The notes under the pieces: generated by a model | What the model was told of the DNA's origin: nothing | Database searches by the model: none | Seen by the model: the letters and a program-made list of their open reading frames with translations, nothing else | Made by a program: the position numbers and the translations under genes | NCBI GenBank assembly: GCA_965197745.1 | Contig: CBDANS010000006.1 | Location: 384,001 to 448,000 of the forward strand | Direction of reading: 5' to 3' | DNA from: Opitutales bacterium | GTDB taxonomy: Bacteria; Verrucomicrobiota; Verrucomicrobiia; Opitutales; PNEW01 | DNA: 64,000 nt | Shown: positions 18,430 through 28,727 of the stretch, in pieces | Layout: the number at the start of each line of letters is the position of its first letter | How positions within the stretch are numbered: position 1 is the first letter of the stretch

Positions 18430-20676
18430 TCACTCTATCATGATCTCTTCAATATCCACGGTAATTTCATCACCGTCTTCGTTAGCGAAAGTGGCATTGA
18501 TGCTCTGGGTGGGCTGAGGGGTGTTATCGGATTTAAAGTTGTTCTGAGTAATCAAGGTCTCAAATCCGGGTGTCGTTGATCCACTCTCCGCGACAACGAC
18601 GGAAGCATCATTAGTCTGCGCCAGGGCTCCTCCCGTGATCCGCAACCCGGGGTTACCCGCAGGAACCGTGAAGGACCCTGTCTCAAACAACAAGTGCGGT
18701 TCGGCGTCTCCACTGGCATCGATGTCACCGATCGTTAATCGTACCGCAATCGGCACCCCGCGCGCGTCCACGCCAACTTTACCCATGCTTCCACTGAACA
18801 CGGTGTTCGATAACTGCATCCCTCCCATACCCGTGGAGTTGATCACTTCTACCAGGGTCACGTCCGCTGCGGCGTCATACACTTGTCCCTCCGGGAATAG
18901 AGCCTGGTTCACCGCGTTGATTTTTCCCACGGTGAAGATGCTGAAAAAGGTATTCGCGTCCGCTCCTTCGATGACCACACTCGGCTTGCCCGTCACATAC
19001 TCTACCTGTTGGTTGTAACGCGGGGGCAGCGCGGGGGGCAGGAAGGTCGAGGGATCCAAGTTGACGGTAAAAGTACCATTTCCCGAAAACTCTACCTGCA
19101 CGATGTCCTCGTTTTCGTCCATGAAAGAAACCCGCGTGATCTGATTCGGTCTTGCCTGCAGCTTGATACTTTCTCCGGTAAGTAACACCTGGTCGAATAT
19201 ATTTCCGTTAGGATGCTGGATGTTTTCGCCGACGATATCACCTGAGCCGTCGAGGACGAGAGGGATGGAAGGCGCAGCTACGGTGATGACCGCGGTATCG
19301 CTGTCAGCGCTGCCGCCGGCGTTTGTTACCTGTGCCCAGTAGTTCGTGCTCGCAGTAAGCGCCCCGGTAGTTAAAGTGCTACCGGTGGCCCCGGCGAAGG
19401 GATTGGCGGTGTCACCACTGTTGCCGGTATACCACTGGTAAGTAAGATCATCACCGCTGGCGACGACCGATAAAACAACCGCGGATCCGGACTGCACTTC
19501 CTGGCTCGCGGGCTGAGTAGTGATGGTGGGACTTGAAACCGGGGGTGGCCCTCCAGTTCCGGGGGCACCGATGGGCGTAAAGCCAAAATCATCTATACTG
19601 CTATCACCAAAGTCGGCACCGGGAGCAAACAAAGGGGTATTAAGGTAGGTTATTTTTCCAATTCCTCCAGGCGCTCCCAATGCTTCAGCATTAAAATCGA
19701 GAAAATCATAATCTAAGCCGGCTTCGAATCTAATATTCAGCGGTAAATCGGTAACCGTAGTGAGAAGGTTATCTTCAGTGTCAAATACACTGATTACCCC
19801 GTCTCCTTCAACAAAGACCGCAGCGTAAAACTGCACCTTGGCCACCGGTGTTTCAAAGGTAATCGTTCCCAGGCTATCATCCTGAATATTCCAGATTCCC
19901 GGAGAGAGTCTGCCGAATTCATCGGTGGCTGGGATGGGAAAGGTGTGATTTAATGGTGAGTTAACGTCATCGGTGCCGAAAGCGACTTGTGCAATGCCCC
20001 CCGTGAAATTCGCGGTGAAGGGTGATTGACCAAGAATAAAATTTACCCGGCTCGCAGGATTCGAGAACAAAATGTGATTATCCAGATCCTCAAAATCTTC
20101 ATAGATGGTATTATTAGGAGGGCCATCAACGTAAGTAAACCCGAGATCATCGAGGGAAAATTGTCCCGTTACATTGATCACTTTAAGTTCAGTTATACCG
20201 TTTGTAAAGTTGAGGTCGGATGTATCCTGGATATCGCCACCAAAGGCGACAAAACTTCTCAATGGGGGGTTTGCTCCTGGACTGATATTTGTCGTCAAGC
20301 CATTAATAATACCTTGTTGAGATAGGGTTTGAAAGTTTTCGTCTCTCAGTTCGATTCTCCCGGCACCATTTGTTTCGGCCGCATAGAACTGAAGCTCATT
20401 GACTCCCCGTTCGAATAAAATTTTCCCTTCCTGCGCACCGGGAACAAGCATGAGGGCTTTGGATCCAGAATGGTAGAGACTCGGATTACCGACACTTTGC
20501 AAATTAAAATTAATAATCCGTATAGTAAAAGGGGGTACTCCAATCGTGAAATCTGTGCCTTCCCCCGAGACATTTTCAAAATCAAAAAAAGTATCAAGGT
20601 TCTCAGGGACGGCAGGTAGAAGAACAGGTAAGACGAGTCCCCATAGCAGTATCGCGTTAAATTTTATTATCCTCAT
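18430..20676 (-). CDS. Secreted protein: two beta-rich repeats, Pro/Gly linker, immunoglobulin-like domain and the shared C-terminal domain
   Basis: Signal peptide; Ig signature PTITTQPASQ...LTYQWY...YWAQVTN; AGGAG RBS upstream. Confidence 0.82.
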   Translation of the reverse strand: MRIIKFNAILLWGLVLPVLLPAVPENLDTFFDFENVSGEGTDFTIGVPPFTIRIINFNLQSVGNPSLYHSGSKALMLVPGAQEGKILFERGVNELQFYAAETNGAGRIELRDENFQTLSQQGIINGLTTNISPGANPPLRSFVAFGGDIQDTSDLNFTNGITELKVINVTGQFSLDDLGFTYVDGPPNNTIYEDFEDLDNHILFSNPASRVNFILGQSPFTANFTGGIAQVAFGTDDVNSPLNHTFPIPATDEFGRLSPGIWNIQDDSLGTITFETPVAKVQFYAAVFVEGDGVISVFDTEDNLLTTVTDLPLNIRFEAGLDYDFLDFNAEALGAPGGIGKITYLNTPLFAPGADFGDSSIDDFGFTPIGAPGTGGPPPVSSPTITTQPASQEVQSGSAVVLSVVASGDDLTYQWYTGNSGDTANPFAGATGSTLTTGALTASTNYWAQVTNAGGSADSDTAVITVAAPSIPLVLDGSGDIVGENIQHPNGNIFDQVLLTGESIKLQARPNQITRVSFMDENEDIVQVEFSGNGTFTVNLDPSTFLPPALPPRYNQQVEYVTGKPSVVIEGADANTFFSIFTVGKINAVNQALFPEGQVYDAAADVTLVEVINSTGMGGMQLSNTVFSGSMGKVGVDARGVPIAVRLTIGDIDASGDAEPHLLFETGSFTVPAGNPGLRITGGALAQTNDASVVVAESGSTTPGFETLITQNNFKSDNTPQPTQSINATFANEDGDEITVDIEEIMIE

Positions 20677-21048
20677 TTGTAGCTCCTGATTATGTTAATT
20701 AGAGTATAAGTCTTTTTACAAAAATTAACAGGGGCATTACAATTTTAAAACTTATATAAATTAAAATAAGCACGTGGCTATGATGCCATAAATTATATGC
20801 GTTATGACATGATGCTTTCACTTCAATGGAGTATACTAATAAAAAATCTTTATGAGACCCCGGTATTCGAGCGTTCATTGATGGGGACATGAAAAAAATT
20901 ATCCCGAAAACTTTCATCTATTACGGTAGAAGGGAGAAACGCTTGATGGCCTGAATTCCGTTGAGAATTGGATTATTAAAACTCAATTCAGCAATGATTA
21001 AAAAGCATTGCTCCGATGCTGTTCATCGCTTAAATTATATAACCGATA

Positions 21049-22914
21049 GTGGAAAAAAAACAAAGTACACCCCCTTTCAATCGACGTTTAAATATATGGA
21101 GAACAGTCCGAAGGGGAATTACCGCTCTTGCCGAGAACAACCAGCTTGACCTCTTTCCCATTGGTCGAACCTTAAGAACCTATGACCGGGGAAAACTGAA
21201 GAGTGATTTAAAAGCTGGAATTAACGTAGCCCTGCTCGCTTTTCCCCAGGGCATGGCTTACGCATTAATTGCCGGGATTCCCATTCAATATGGTATTTAC
21301 GGGTCGGCGGTGGCTGCGATCTTAGGGCCGATTTTCTCCGGATCTCGATTTATTACTTTGGGACCAACTAACGCAACCTCGGTATTATTCTTCAGTTCGT
21401 TTCTCGCGATTGGAGGAACAACATTGGCAAAATTAAATATGATGCCCCTTCTCCTCTTCATGGTCGGGGTCATCATGATTGTCGGAGCCTATCTTCGTGT
21501 CGCCAATCTCATTCAGTATGTTTCACGCAGTGTGGTTGCCGGTTATATTACCGGTGCCGCTCTTCTTATTATTGCCAATCAAATAAAAAGTGTGCTCGGT
21601 TTTGAGATGCTGGGGACGTCTACTTTTTACCATGTATGTCGTCAGACGATATTGTACCTGCAATTTACGCACTGGCCTTCGGTTATCCTAAGTATAATTA
21701 CGGCCGTGATTTATCTCCTCTTGTTGAAAAAACTTAAAACGCTGCCCAATATAGCGATCACTTTACTGTTCATGGCATTCGTTGCGATGGGTATCAATCA
21801 TCTACTCCTATCGCCACTATTTGCCGATATGAAATTGGCTCCCCTTGCCATGCTCAGCCCAATCAAGGTTCAACATTGGGATATCACCCTCCCCCACTTT
21901 AATTTCCTGGAGATAAGTGAATTGGCGAGTGTGGCCCTGGCCATTTCCTTTCTCGCTATTCTGGAGGGATCATCAATCGGTAAATCACTGGCTGCTCGTT
22001 CAGGCGATCGCCTCGATACCAATCAGGAAATGTTAAGTATGGGAGTCGCCAATTTATGCTGTGGCTTCCTTTCCGGGATGCCTGCTTCCGGTTCGTTAAC
22101 CCGATCCACCCTCAACATTACGAGTGGTGCCGCAACTGCCTGTTCGAGTATATTTACCGGTATCTTCTGTATAATTGGCGTCTTCACTTTTGGTCATTAC
22201 ATCGACCACATACCTAAAGCATCCCTTGCCGTAATCGTAATCAGTATCGGAATATCGCTTATTAACCGGCATACCATACGTGTGGTTATGAAAGCTACTC
22301 GTTCAGACGCTATTGTTTTTGTTACTACCTTTATTGGTACATTGCTTTTTCGTTTAGATACCGCGATTTATTTCGGTGCAGGAATATCTATTCTCCTTTT
22401 TTTACGTAAAGCGGCGATGCCGGAACTGGTGGAATACACCTTCACAAATGAAGGACAATTAACCCAACTCGAAGAACAGAAAAGAACCCATCCTGAGATA
22501 TCAATCGTCCATGTTGAAGGGGAACTGTTTTTTGGAGCGGTCGAACTTTTTCGTGATCAGATGCGCAGAATAGTTGAAGATCCAAATCTTAAAATTGTCG
22601 TTTTGAAAATGCGCAATGCGCACCATTTAGATGCTACCAGCGTTTTAGCTCTGGAGGAACTGATAAAATATATGAGAGATTTAGACCGCTTCCTGCTCGT
22701 GAGCGAGGCACGCAAAGATGTCATTCGTGTCCTGAAAAATTCCGGGTTGATGGAAATCATTGGACGTGAAAACATCTTTCCCGACGTCACGCAAAATCCG
22801 ACCCTTTCCACCGCTCGAGCGCTTAAGAGAGCCCAGGAAATACTGGGTGATGAAAAAGCTGATGTCAGCATCTACATCGATCAGGCTAAGACAGAGACAA
22901 AAGAACCCTCTTGA
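21049..22914 (+). CDS. SulP/SLC26 anion transporter with C-terminal STAS domain
   Basis: PQGMAYALIAG, GPTNA, NQEMLSMG, GSLTRS; STAS motifs GELFFG...DATS. Confidence 0.93.
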   Translation: MEKKQSTPPFNRRLNIWRTVRRGITALAENNQLDLFPIGRTLRTYDRGKLKSDLKAGINVALLAFPQGMAYALIAGIPIQYGIYGSAVAAILGPIFSGSRFITLGPTNATSVLFFSSFLAIGGTTLAKLNMMPLLLFMVGVIMIVGAYLRVANLIQYVSRSVVAGYITGAALLIIANQIKSVLGFEMLGTSTFYHVCRQTILYLQFTHWPSVILSIITAVIYLLLLKKLKTLPNIAITLLFMAFVAMGINHLLLSPLFADMKLAPLAMLSPIKVQHWDITLPHFNFLEISELASVALAISFLAILEGSSIGKSLAARSGDRLDTNQEMLSMGVANLCCGFLSGMPASGSLTRSTLNITSGAATACSSIFTGIFCIIGVFTFGHYIDHIPKASLAVIVISIGISLINRHTIRVVMKATRSDAIVFVTTFIGTLLFRLDTAIYFGAGISILLFLRKAAMPELVEYTFTNEGQLTQLEEQKRTHPEISIVHVEGELFFGAVELFRDQMRRIVEDPNLKIVVLKMRNAHHLDATSVLALEELIKYMRDLDRFLLVSEARKDVIRVLKNSGLMEIIGRENIFPDVTQNPTLSTARALKRAQEILGDEKADVSIYIDQAKTETKEPS

Positions 22915-22964
22915 CCGTCAATTTTCATGCGGAACTATTATAGGGTGAATATACTCTAATCGAT

Positions 22965-23642
22965 ATGCGTTTAAAACCCGGTTACAGGTTTCCCGACCCG
23001 AGGAGTGGTCCGGCCAGTCTTCCTCTTGCCCAGGGTGGTGACTTGACCGTAGATCGTTTACTGACGGCATACGAAATGGGAATATTTCCATGGTATAGTG
23101 AAGGTGAACCTGTTTACTGGTGGAGTCCCGATCCCCGGTTTATATTAATGCTTTCTGATTTCCATTATCCCCGCAGCCTTCGAAGAGACTTTAAAAAACC
23201 AGTCTGGAAAATAACTTTTGATACCGCCTTTGAAGAAGTAATTCACGCTTGCGCAACAAGTCCCCGCCCCGGTCAAAATGGAACATGGATAACACGGGAA
23301 ATGATAGAAGCTTATATCCAACTTCATCTCGCTGGTTTCGCGCACAGTGTAGAATGCTGGCGCGAAGGGAATATGGCGGGAGGCCTTTACGGGGTGTCAC
23401 TGGGAAATGTTTTTTTCGGGGAATCAATGTTTCACCGCGTAGCTAATGCCTCCAAGGTGGCCTTGGCCCACCTCGTTGACCAATTGCATAAATGGGGGTT
23501 TTGTTTTATAGATTGTCAGATGCCCACTGATCACCTTGAAGCATTCGGGGCAAAAGCGATTTCACGCAACAATTTCCTCGATCTACTGAAAGTAACTTTG
23601 AAACAATCTACCCTTCAAGGTTCCTGGAAGGACAGATCATAA
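22965..23642 (+). CDS. aat: Leucyl/phenylalanyl-tRNA--protein transferase
   Basis: AYEMGIFPW, WWSPDPR, AHSVECW, GGLYG, FFGESMF, ASKVA, IDCQ. Confidence 0.96.
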   Translation: MRLKPGYRFPDPRSGPASLPLAQGGDLTVDRLLTAYEMGIFPWYSEGEPVYWWSPDPRFILMLSDFHYPRSLRRDFKKPVWKITFDTAFEEVIHACATSPRPGQNGTWITREMIEAYIQLHLAGFAHSVECWREGNMAGGLYGVSLGNVFFGESMFHRVANASKVALAHLVDQLHKWGFCFIDCQMPTDHLEAFGAKAISRNNFLDLLKVTLKQSTLQGSWKDRS

Positions 23643-23730
23643 ATGAATTATAAATTGTTCGGTAATTAATAGATTAGGGCTTGACAAAATGGATAAGATT
23701 CACAAGCTTAGGATAAAAGGAGAAAATAAA

Positions 23731-24600
23731 ATGAACCTAATATCCGTATTAAAAAAATATCCTACTCAACAAGCTTGCATCGACCATTTAGAGGTTGTCA
23801 GGTGGAAAGGAAAACCGTGTTGTCCGCACTGTGAAAGCGATCATGTAGCGCGTAAGAAGGAAAAAAAGAGAGTTGGCCGATGGAACTGCCACGATTGCCA
23901 GAACAGCTTTAACGTGCTTTCAGGGACAGTATTTCAGGGAACTCACGTCCCGCTTCAAAAATGGTTCCTTGCAATTGCGTTGATGGTAAATGCAAAGAAA
24001 AGCTTATCGAGTTGCCAGTTGGCTCGCGATCTGGAACTAAATCAAATGTCTTGCTGGTATATGCAACAGCGTATTCGTGCGGCTATAGCAAGCAAGGAGC
24101 GTCGTTTCCTGAATGGTGTAGTTGAAATGGACGAAACTTATATCGGTGGGAAGCCACGACGCAGTAAGGACGATGATGACCTTCCAAAGCGTGGTAGGGG
24201 AACCAAGAAAACTCCTGTTATAGGCGCGGTAGAGCGTGGTGGTAAAGTTATAGCCAAAGTTGTCGATGATCTGAGCAGATTTGGTGTACTACGTTTTATT
24301 AACAGCGCAACCGATGCTGATGAGACTATCTTAGTTACCGATGAATTTCCCGCATACAAGATTCTCGATAATCTCTTGGCTAGGGTCACTATCAATCACA
24401 GTGAGAGCTATGTAGACGGTGATGTTCACACCAACTCAATAGAAGGGTTTTGGTCTCACTTGAAACGTGCTTGGTTTGGTCAGCACCACCATTATAAAAA
24501 GCTTTACATGCCTTTATACATCGCTGAGGCATGCTGGAAGTATAATCAACGGGAACGCAATGACGGATTCAGTGCATTCCTTAATATGGCGATGAATTGA
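23731..24600 (+). CDS. IS1595-family (ISXO2-like) DDE transposase
   Basis: Zn ribbon CPHC...CHDC, HTH, VEMDETY...VTDE...HTNSIEG; AAGGAG RBS precedes ATG 23731. Confidence 0.93.
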   Translation: MNLISVLKKYPTQQACIDHLEVVRWKGKPCCPHCESDHVARKKEKKRVGRWNCHDCQNSFNVLSGTVFQGTHVPLQKWFLAIALMVNAKKSLSSCQLARDLELNQMSCWYMQQRIRAAIASKERRFLNGVVEMDETYIGGKPRRSKDDDDLPKRGRGTKKTPVIGAVERGGKVIAKVVDDLSRFGVLRFINSATDADETILVTDEFPAYKILDNLLARVTINHSESYVDGDVHTNSIEGFWSHLKRAWFGQHHHYKKLYMPLYIAEACWKYNQRERNDGFSAFLNMAMN

Positions 24601-24614
24601 AAGGAATTAATACA

Positions 24615-24934
24615 ATGACAGAAGAAGAGAAAGATCGTGAGATTGGTAAAATGTATCGCGAACATGGAGAACAAAAAAATCACTTGAAATGCCTTAGATC
24701 AAAGGCAAGATCAATGAAGCAAACTATATAGATGGGGTTAGCAATCTGCTTGACGAGCGTCCCTTTAATTACGCCGTGGGAAGAGGGAAATTATTGTATT
24801 TCGTGCCAGGAACAGGTGGGGCGCGTAAGGAAATTTCTTGGGCTTCCGAAGAAGAACTTTGCCAGCTAATAGAAGAGATTGATTCGACGAAGCAGAGAAT
24901 TGATGAGCTTAAAAATGAGTTGGGTCTAGATTGA
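24615..24934 (+). pseudogene. IS passenger gene (about 105 aa) interrupted by a 2-nt frameshift
   Basis: AAGGA RBS and ATG 24615; 38 codons, then ACT ATA TAG. Removing one AT unit joins an open frame ending TGA 24932-24934, just inside the IRR. Confidence 0.6.
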
Positions 24935-25032
24935 AGCGCGTATTAAACATCAAGCCCAAATCTATTAATTACCAATTGTTCAATAATACGCACAAAATTG
25001 ATTCGTCAATCTTTAACGGTCTGCAATTTGGA

Positions 25033-27315
25033 ATGAACTTATTTCTCAGAATTATCTTACCGTATGTTTCGATGGCTGTGTCTACTTTCATTATTTCAGG
25101 AATCGCTTTTTTTCCAGTCCCACTAATAGCGAGCAGTGAAGATGATGTTTCGCATGACAATGACCCGCACTTGAAGACAACACACAGCAATCGGCTTATT
25201 GGTGAAAATTCACCTTACCTCTTACAGCATGCGCATAACCCGGTGGATTGGTATCCCTGGGGTGATGAAGCTTTCGCTAAAGCGCGGCAGGAGGATAAAC
25301 CTATATTTCTTTCGATCGGTTATTCCACATGTCATTGGTGTCATGTAATGGAGCGCGAATCTTTCTCCAATCCCGAAATTGCGCAATTGATGAATAAAAA
25401 ATTCATCAGCATAAAAGTCGATCGAGAAGAACGTCCCGATGTCGACCAGGTTTACATGCGATTTGTCCAAGCAACAACCGGCCATGGCGGATGGCCCTTA
25501 AGTGTCTGGCTCACCCCTGATCTTAAACCCTTTGTCGGCGGCACCTATTTCCCCCCCAAACCACAACCCGGTCGTCCCGATTTTCCCACTGTATTAAACA
25601 TCATATCACAGAGGTGGGAAGAAGACCGTAATGCGGTTATGAAAGCAAGCAATGAGATTATAGCGCAATTAAACGCCCTAAGCGAAAAATCCTCACCTCC
25701 TGAGAATTTAGAATTCAATAAACTGAAAAACGCCTTTATCGCTTACCAGGGAATTTTTGATGCGCGTCATGGTGGTTTTGGCAACGCACCAAAGTTTCCG
25801 CGACCCGCATCACTGAATTTTCTCCTGCGCTATTCGAGGCAGAAAAATATTGGAGAAGATGAAGCGGAGCAGGTAAAGGATATGGTTTTCTTCACCCTGC
25901 GTGAATTGGCTAAAGGAGGAATCAATGACCATCTTGGCGGTGGCTTTCATCGCTATGCCGTGGATGCAAAATGGCGGGTGCCCCACTTTGAGAAAATGTT
26001 ATATAACCAGGCCCAATTAGCAGATACCTATCTTAATGCTTATCAGCTAACAGGCGATTCGTGGTACGGTGACATAGCTCAGCAGATTTTGCATTATACC
26101 CAGGAGCAGCTCACCGATACCCGGGGAGGCTTTTACTCGGCAGAAGATGCTGACAGCCTGCCTTCTCACGATGCTGAAGAAAAAGTGGAGGGCGCATTCT
26201 ATGTTTGGACGAAAGAAGAATTTATTGAAATACTTGGAAAGGAAAATGCGAAGCTATTAGCTTTTCATTACGGGATTGAAGAAAAGGGAAACGTCCCACC
26301 TGAAAGTGATATACGTGGCGAACTGTCAGGTAAAAATATTTTATACAAAAGCCATTCACTCTCCGAAACCGCGAAACATTTTGAGCTCAACAAATTAGAG
26401 ATAGAAAATAGAATAGAGGAAGGAAGGATAAGCTTACTTAGGGCCCGCGATGCCAGGGAGAGACCTCATCTCGACGATAAGATAATCACGGCCTGGAACG
26501 GATTAATGATCTCATCCTTATCCCATGCTTCTCTTATCCTTCAAATTCCGGATTATCTGGAAAGAACGGTCACCGCAGCTGAATTTATTCGCCATAATTT
26601 ATATCGCGAAAGCACGGGTCATCTCCTTCGCAGTTTTCGTAACGGGTCAGCGTCCGTAGAGGGTTTTCTTCAGGATTACGCTCTTCTCATTCAAGGCCTC
26701 CTCGATCTCTATGAAGCCTCTTTTGACATTCGCTGGCTGCAATGGGCCATTCGACTGCAGGAAAAGCAGAATGAACTGTTCTGGGACGATACAGCAGGCG
26801 GCTACTATACGGCTACGGGTGATGATGATAGTATTTTACTTCGTTTAAAAGATAACTTTGACGGAGCCATTCCATCCCCGAACTCCATTGCGGCATTGAA
26901 TCTACTGCGTCTATCCCAAATGATCGACAGCGCAAGCATACGACGCCGCGCGGAACAGACCCTCGAAGCATTCAGTACCACTTTTACCCAAAGCCCACAC
27001 GCCATGCCACAGATGCTGTCTGCCCTGAACTTCTATCTTGATAGCCCCAAACAAATTATTCTCAGTGGCCGCAGGCAATCGCCAACCACTAATTCCATGC
27101 TCGCAGAAATATACCGCCATTTTATACCGCATAAAGTAGTCCTTCTTGCAGACGGTGCGGAAGGGCAGGATTTTCTTAACCAGAAGCTCGAAATATTTAA
27201 CTCGATTAGCCTGGTAGAAGGCGAAACAACCGCATTCGTTTGTGAAAATTACATCTGTGATTTACCGACAACTGAACTTGCGACTTTGACTCGATTATTA
27301 AAGAGCTCACGTTAA
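25033..27315 (+). CDS. YyaL/SPATA20-like protein (thioredoxin-like DUF255 domain plus alpha/alpha barrel)
   Basis: [55 protein letters not shown]. The track's start (24931) lies inside the IS, so ATG 25033 or later is preferred. Confidence 0.9.
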   Translation: MNLFLRIILPYVSMAVSTFIISGIAFFPVPLIASSEDDVSHDNDPHLKTTHSNRLIGENSPYLLQHAHNPVDWYPWGDEAFAKARQEDKPIFLSIGYSTCHWCHVMERESFSNPEIAQLMNKKFISIKVDREERPDVDQVYMRFVQATTGHGGWPLSVWLTPDLKPFVGGTYFPPKPQPGRPDFPTVLNIISQRWEEDRNAVMKASNEIIAQLNALSEKSSPPENLEFNKLKNAFIAYQGIFDARHGGFGNAPKFPRPASLNFLLRYSRQKNIGEDEAEQVKDMVFFTLRELAKGGINDHLGGGFHRYAVDAKWRVPHFEKMLYNQAQLADTYLNAYQLTGDSWYGDIAQQILHYTQEQLTDTRGGFYSAEDADSLPSHDAEEKVEGAFYVWTKEEFIEILGKENAKLLAFHYGIEEKGNVPPESDIRGELSGKNILYKSHSLSETAKHFELNKLEIENRIEEGRISLLRARDARERPHLDDKIITAWNGLMISSLSHASLILQIPDYLERTVTAAEFIRHNLYRESTGHLLRSFRNGSASVEGFLQDYALLIQGLLDLYEASFDIRWLQWAIRLQEKQNELFWDDTAGGYYTATGDDDSILLRLKDNFDGAIPSPNSIAALNLLRLSQMIDSASIRRRAEQTLEAFSTTFTQSPHAMPQMLSALNFYLDSPKQIILSGRRQSPTTNSMLAEIYRHFIPHKVVLLADGAEGQDFLNQKLEIFNSISLVEGETTAFVCENYICDLPTTELATLTRLLKSSR

Positions 27316-27339
27316 TGCTTAACGGTAAAAGCAATCCTA

Positions 27340-28131
27340 TTACTTCTCACCAAAGCCAATTAAAGATTTACGAAGCGAGGGTATAGAATCTTTAATCATC
27401 GTCCCGAGCGATCGTATTCTTTCAAGCCCTGTCCGGTAACGTCGTGATTTAAGGAAGAAGCAACGGATATTTTTAAAACCCCCCGCTTTTAATAAAATCT
27501 TCAATTCATTTTTGGTGAACTCTCGATTGTGACGATCGGGATAGAAAGCGCGGTTTTTATATAAAATAGGTTCAGCATATAAATAATGATTTTCATAGTC
27601 ATAAGTGATATTTTTACCCCTGAGTATTCGAGACCTGTTCCTGAAGCTGACGACATTAGGGACATCTAATTCAACAATGCCCCCCGGGATTAATACCCGG
27701 TAAATTTCCTTGATCGCAGGAAGGTGCGAATGCGTAAAATGTTCAAGGACCTGGCAGCAAACTACTCCATTGAAATAATTATCAGGGAAGGGAATAGTAT
27801 CTACCTCCACATTACAGTGTTTAAAATTTATATCCTTTTTCAGAAATACATCTGCGAATTTATCTCTATTATCGATAATATCTATGGCAAAACACTCATG
27901 ACCGAGTTCATGCAATAACGATAAAAGTAAACCGGGTCCCGGGCCCACATCTAAAATTCTTTTCTGCCCTCTTAATTCAAATGCTATCCAACTAAAGCGA
28001 TCAATGCTGCCTCGAAAGTTGCTCTCTTGCTCAGCATTTTTCAGGTCATAAAGAACTCCGTTTTCCCTTAATTCTAATGCGTGTTGGCATATTCCCTGTC
28101 TATCTAAGTGCTGCGATTCCTGTAAATTCAT
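27340..28131 (-). CDS. Class I SAM-dependent methyltransferase
   Basis: ILDVGPGPG, PFPDNYF, QVLEH, RVLIPGG. Confidence 0.88.
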   Translation of the reverse strand: MNLQESQHLDRQGICQHALELRENGVLYDLKNAEQESNFRGSIDRFSWIAFELRGQKRILDVGPGPGLLLSLLHELGHECFAIDIIDNRDKFADVFLKKDINFKHCNVEVDTIPFPDNYFNGVVCCQVLEHFTHSHLPAIKEIYRVLIPGGIVELDVPNVVSFRNRSRILRGKNITYDYENHYLYAEPILYKNRAFYPDRHNREFTKNELKILLKAGGFKNIRCFFLKSRRYRTGLERIRSLGTMIKDSIPSLRKSLIGFGEK

Positions 28132-28193
28132 ATAGCACTTGGATAATATACGAATATCCGGGATAGGCTTAGCTTCTTCGTATCAATAGAATT

Positions 28194-28604
28194 TCAGGAC
28201 TTTTGCGGGCGGTATATCGCAGCCAGGATCATTCCTGCTATTACTATTTCGATGACACCTCCTATCAACCATGCGATGAAAAGGTTCGCAGGTATGGGTT
28301 GCATCGAAAAAAACATAAATAAGGGAGCGGTTAACAACAAACCTATTAATAATCCATAGCGAATCCCTTCACCTAATCCCTTGTTTTCATATCCGTGAAG
28401 AAAGATCAGACAAAAAAGTACGGACAATAAAATTTTTCCGAATATAGACCACAATAAATAGCTGAGAACTTCAGAATCCGGTCGCCACAATGATGCAGAA
28501 TCTTCAAAAAGATCATCAATGACATAATCGTGAAAAATCCAATCAAATAGAAAAATAAAAGCAAACACAGATACACATGATAAAATAAATTTTTCTTTGT
28601 TCAT
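28194..28604 (-). CDS. Small integral membrane protein (about 4 TM), function unknown
   Basis: Four hydrophobic segments; EGIRYGLLIG. Confidence 0.75.
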   Translation of the reverse strand: MNKEKFILSCVSVFAFIFLFDWIFHDYVIDDLFEDSASLWRPDSEVLSYLLWSIFGKILLSVLFCLIFLHGYENKGLGEGIRYGLLIGLLLTAPLFMFFSMQPIPANLFIAWLIGGVIEIVIAGMILAAIYRPQKS

Positions 28605-28727
28605 GATATTTTTTTTAATGCCCCCGTTATATAAAGCTTAAACCATTATAAAAATTTACCGATTACTTTTGATTTGTCACCAAAAAATCAATCGATTTCT
28701 ACATGCTTATTTCCTGGATTATATCCA

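Larger units (their letters stand above)
23661..24973 (+). mobile_element. Complete IS1595-family insertion sequence, 1313 bp
   Basis: IRL GGTAATTAATAGATTAGGGCTTGA (23661-23684) and IRR TCAAGCCCAAATCTATTAATTACC (24950-24973) match at 23/24; 8-bp direct repeat AATTGTTC at 23653-23660 and 24974-24981. Confidence 0.95.

Noticed and set aside
20727..20738. AACAGGGGCATT, identical to one arm of the terminator at 33747
   Set aside because: Only 12 nt with no complementary arm; compatible with chance.
24931..25032. N-terminal extension of the 794-aa ORF
   Set aside because: Starts inside the IS and crosses the IRR and target duplication, so it is an artefact of the insertion.
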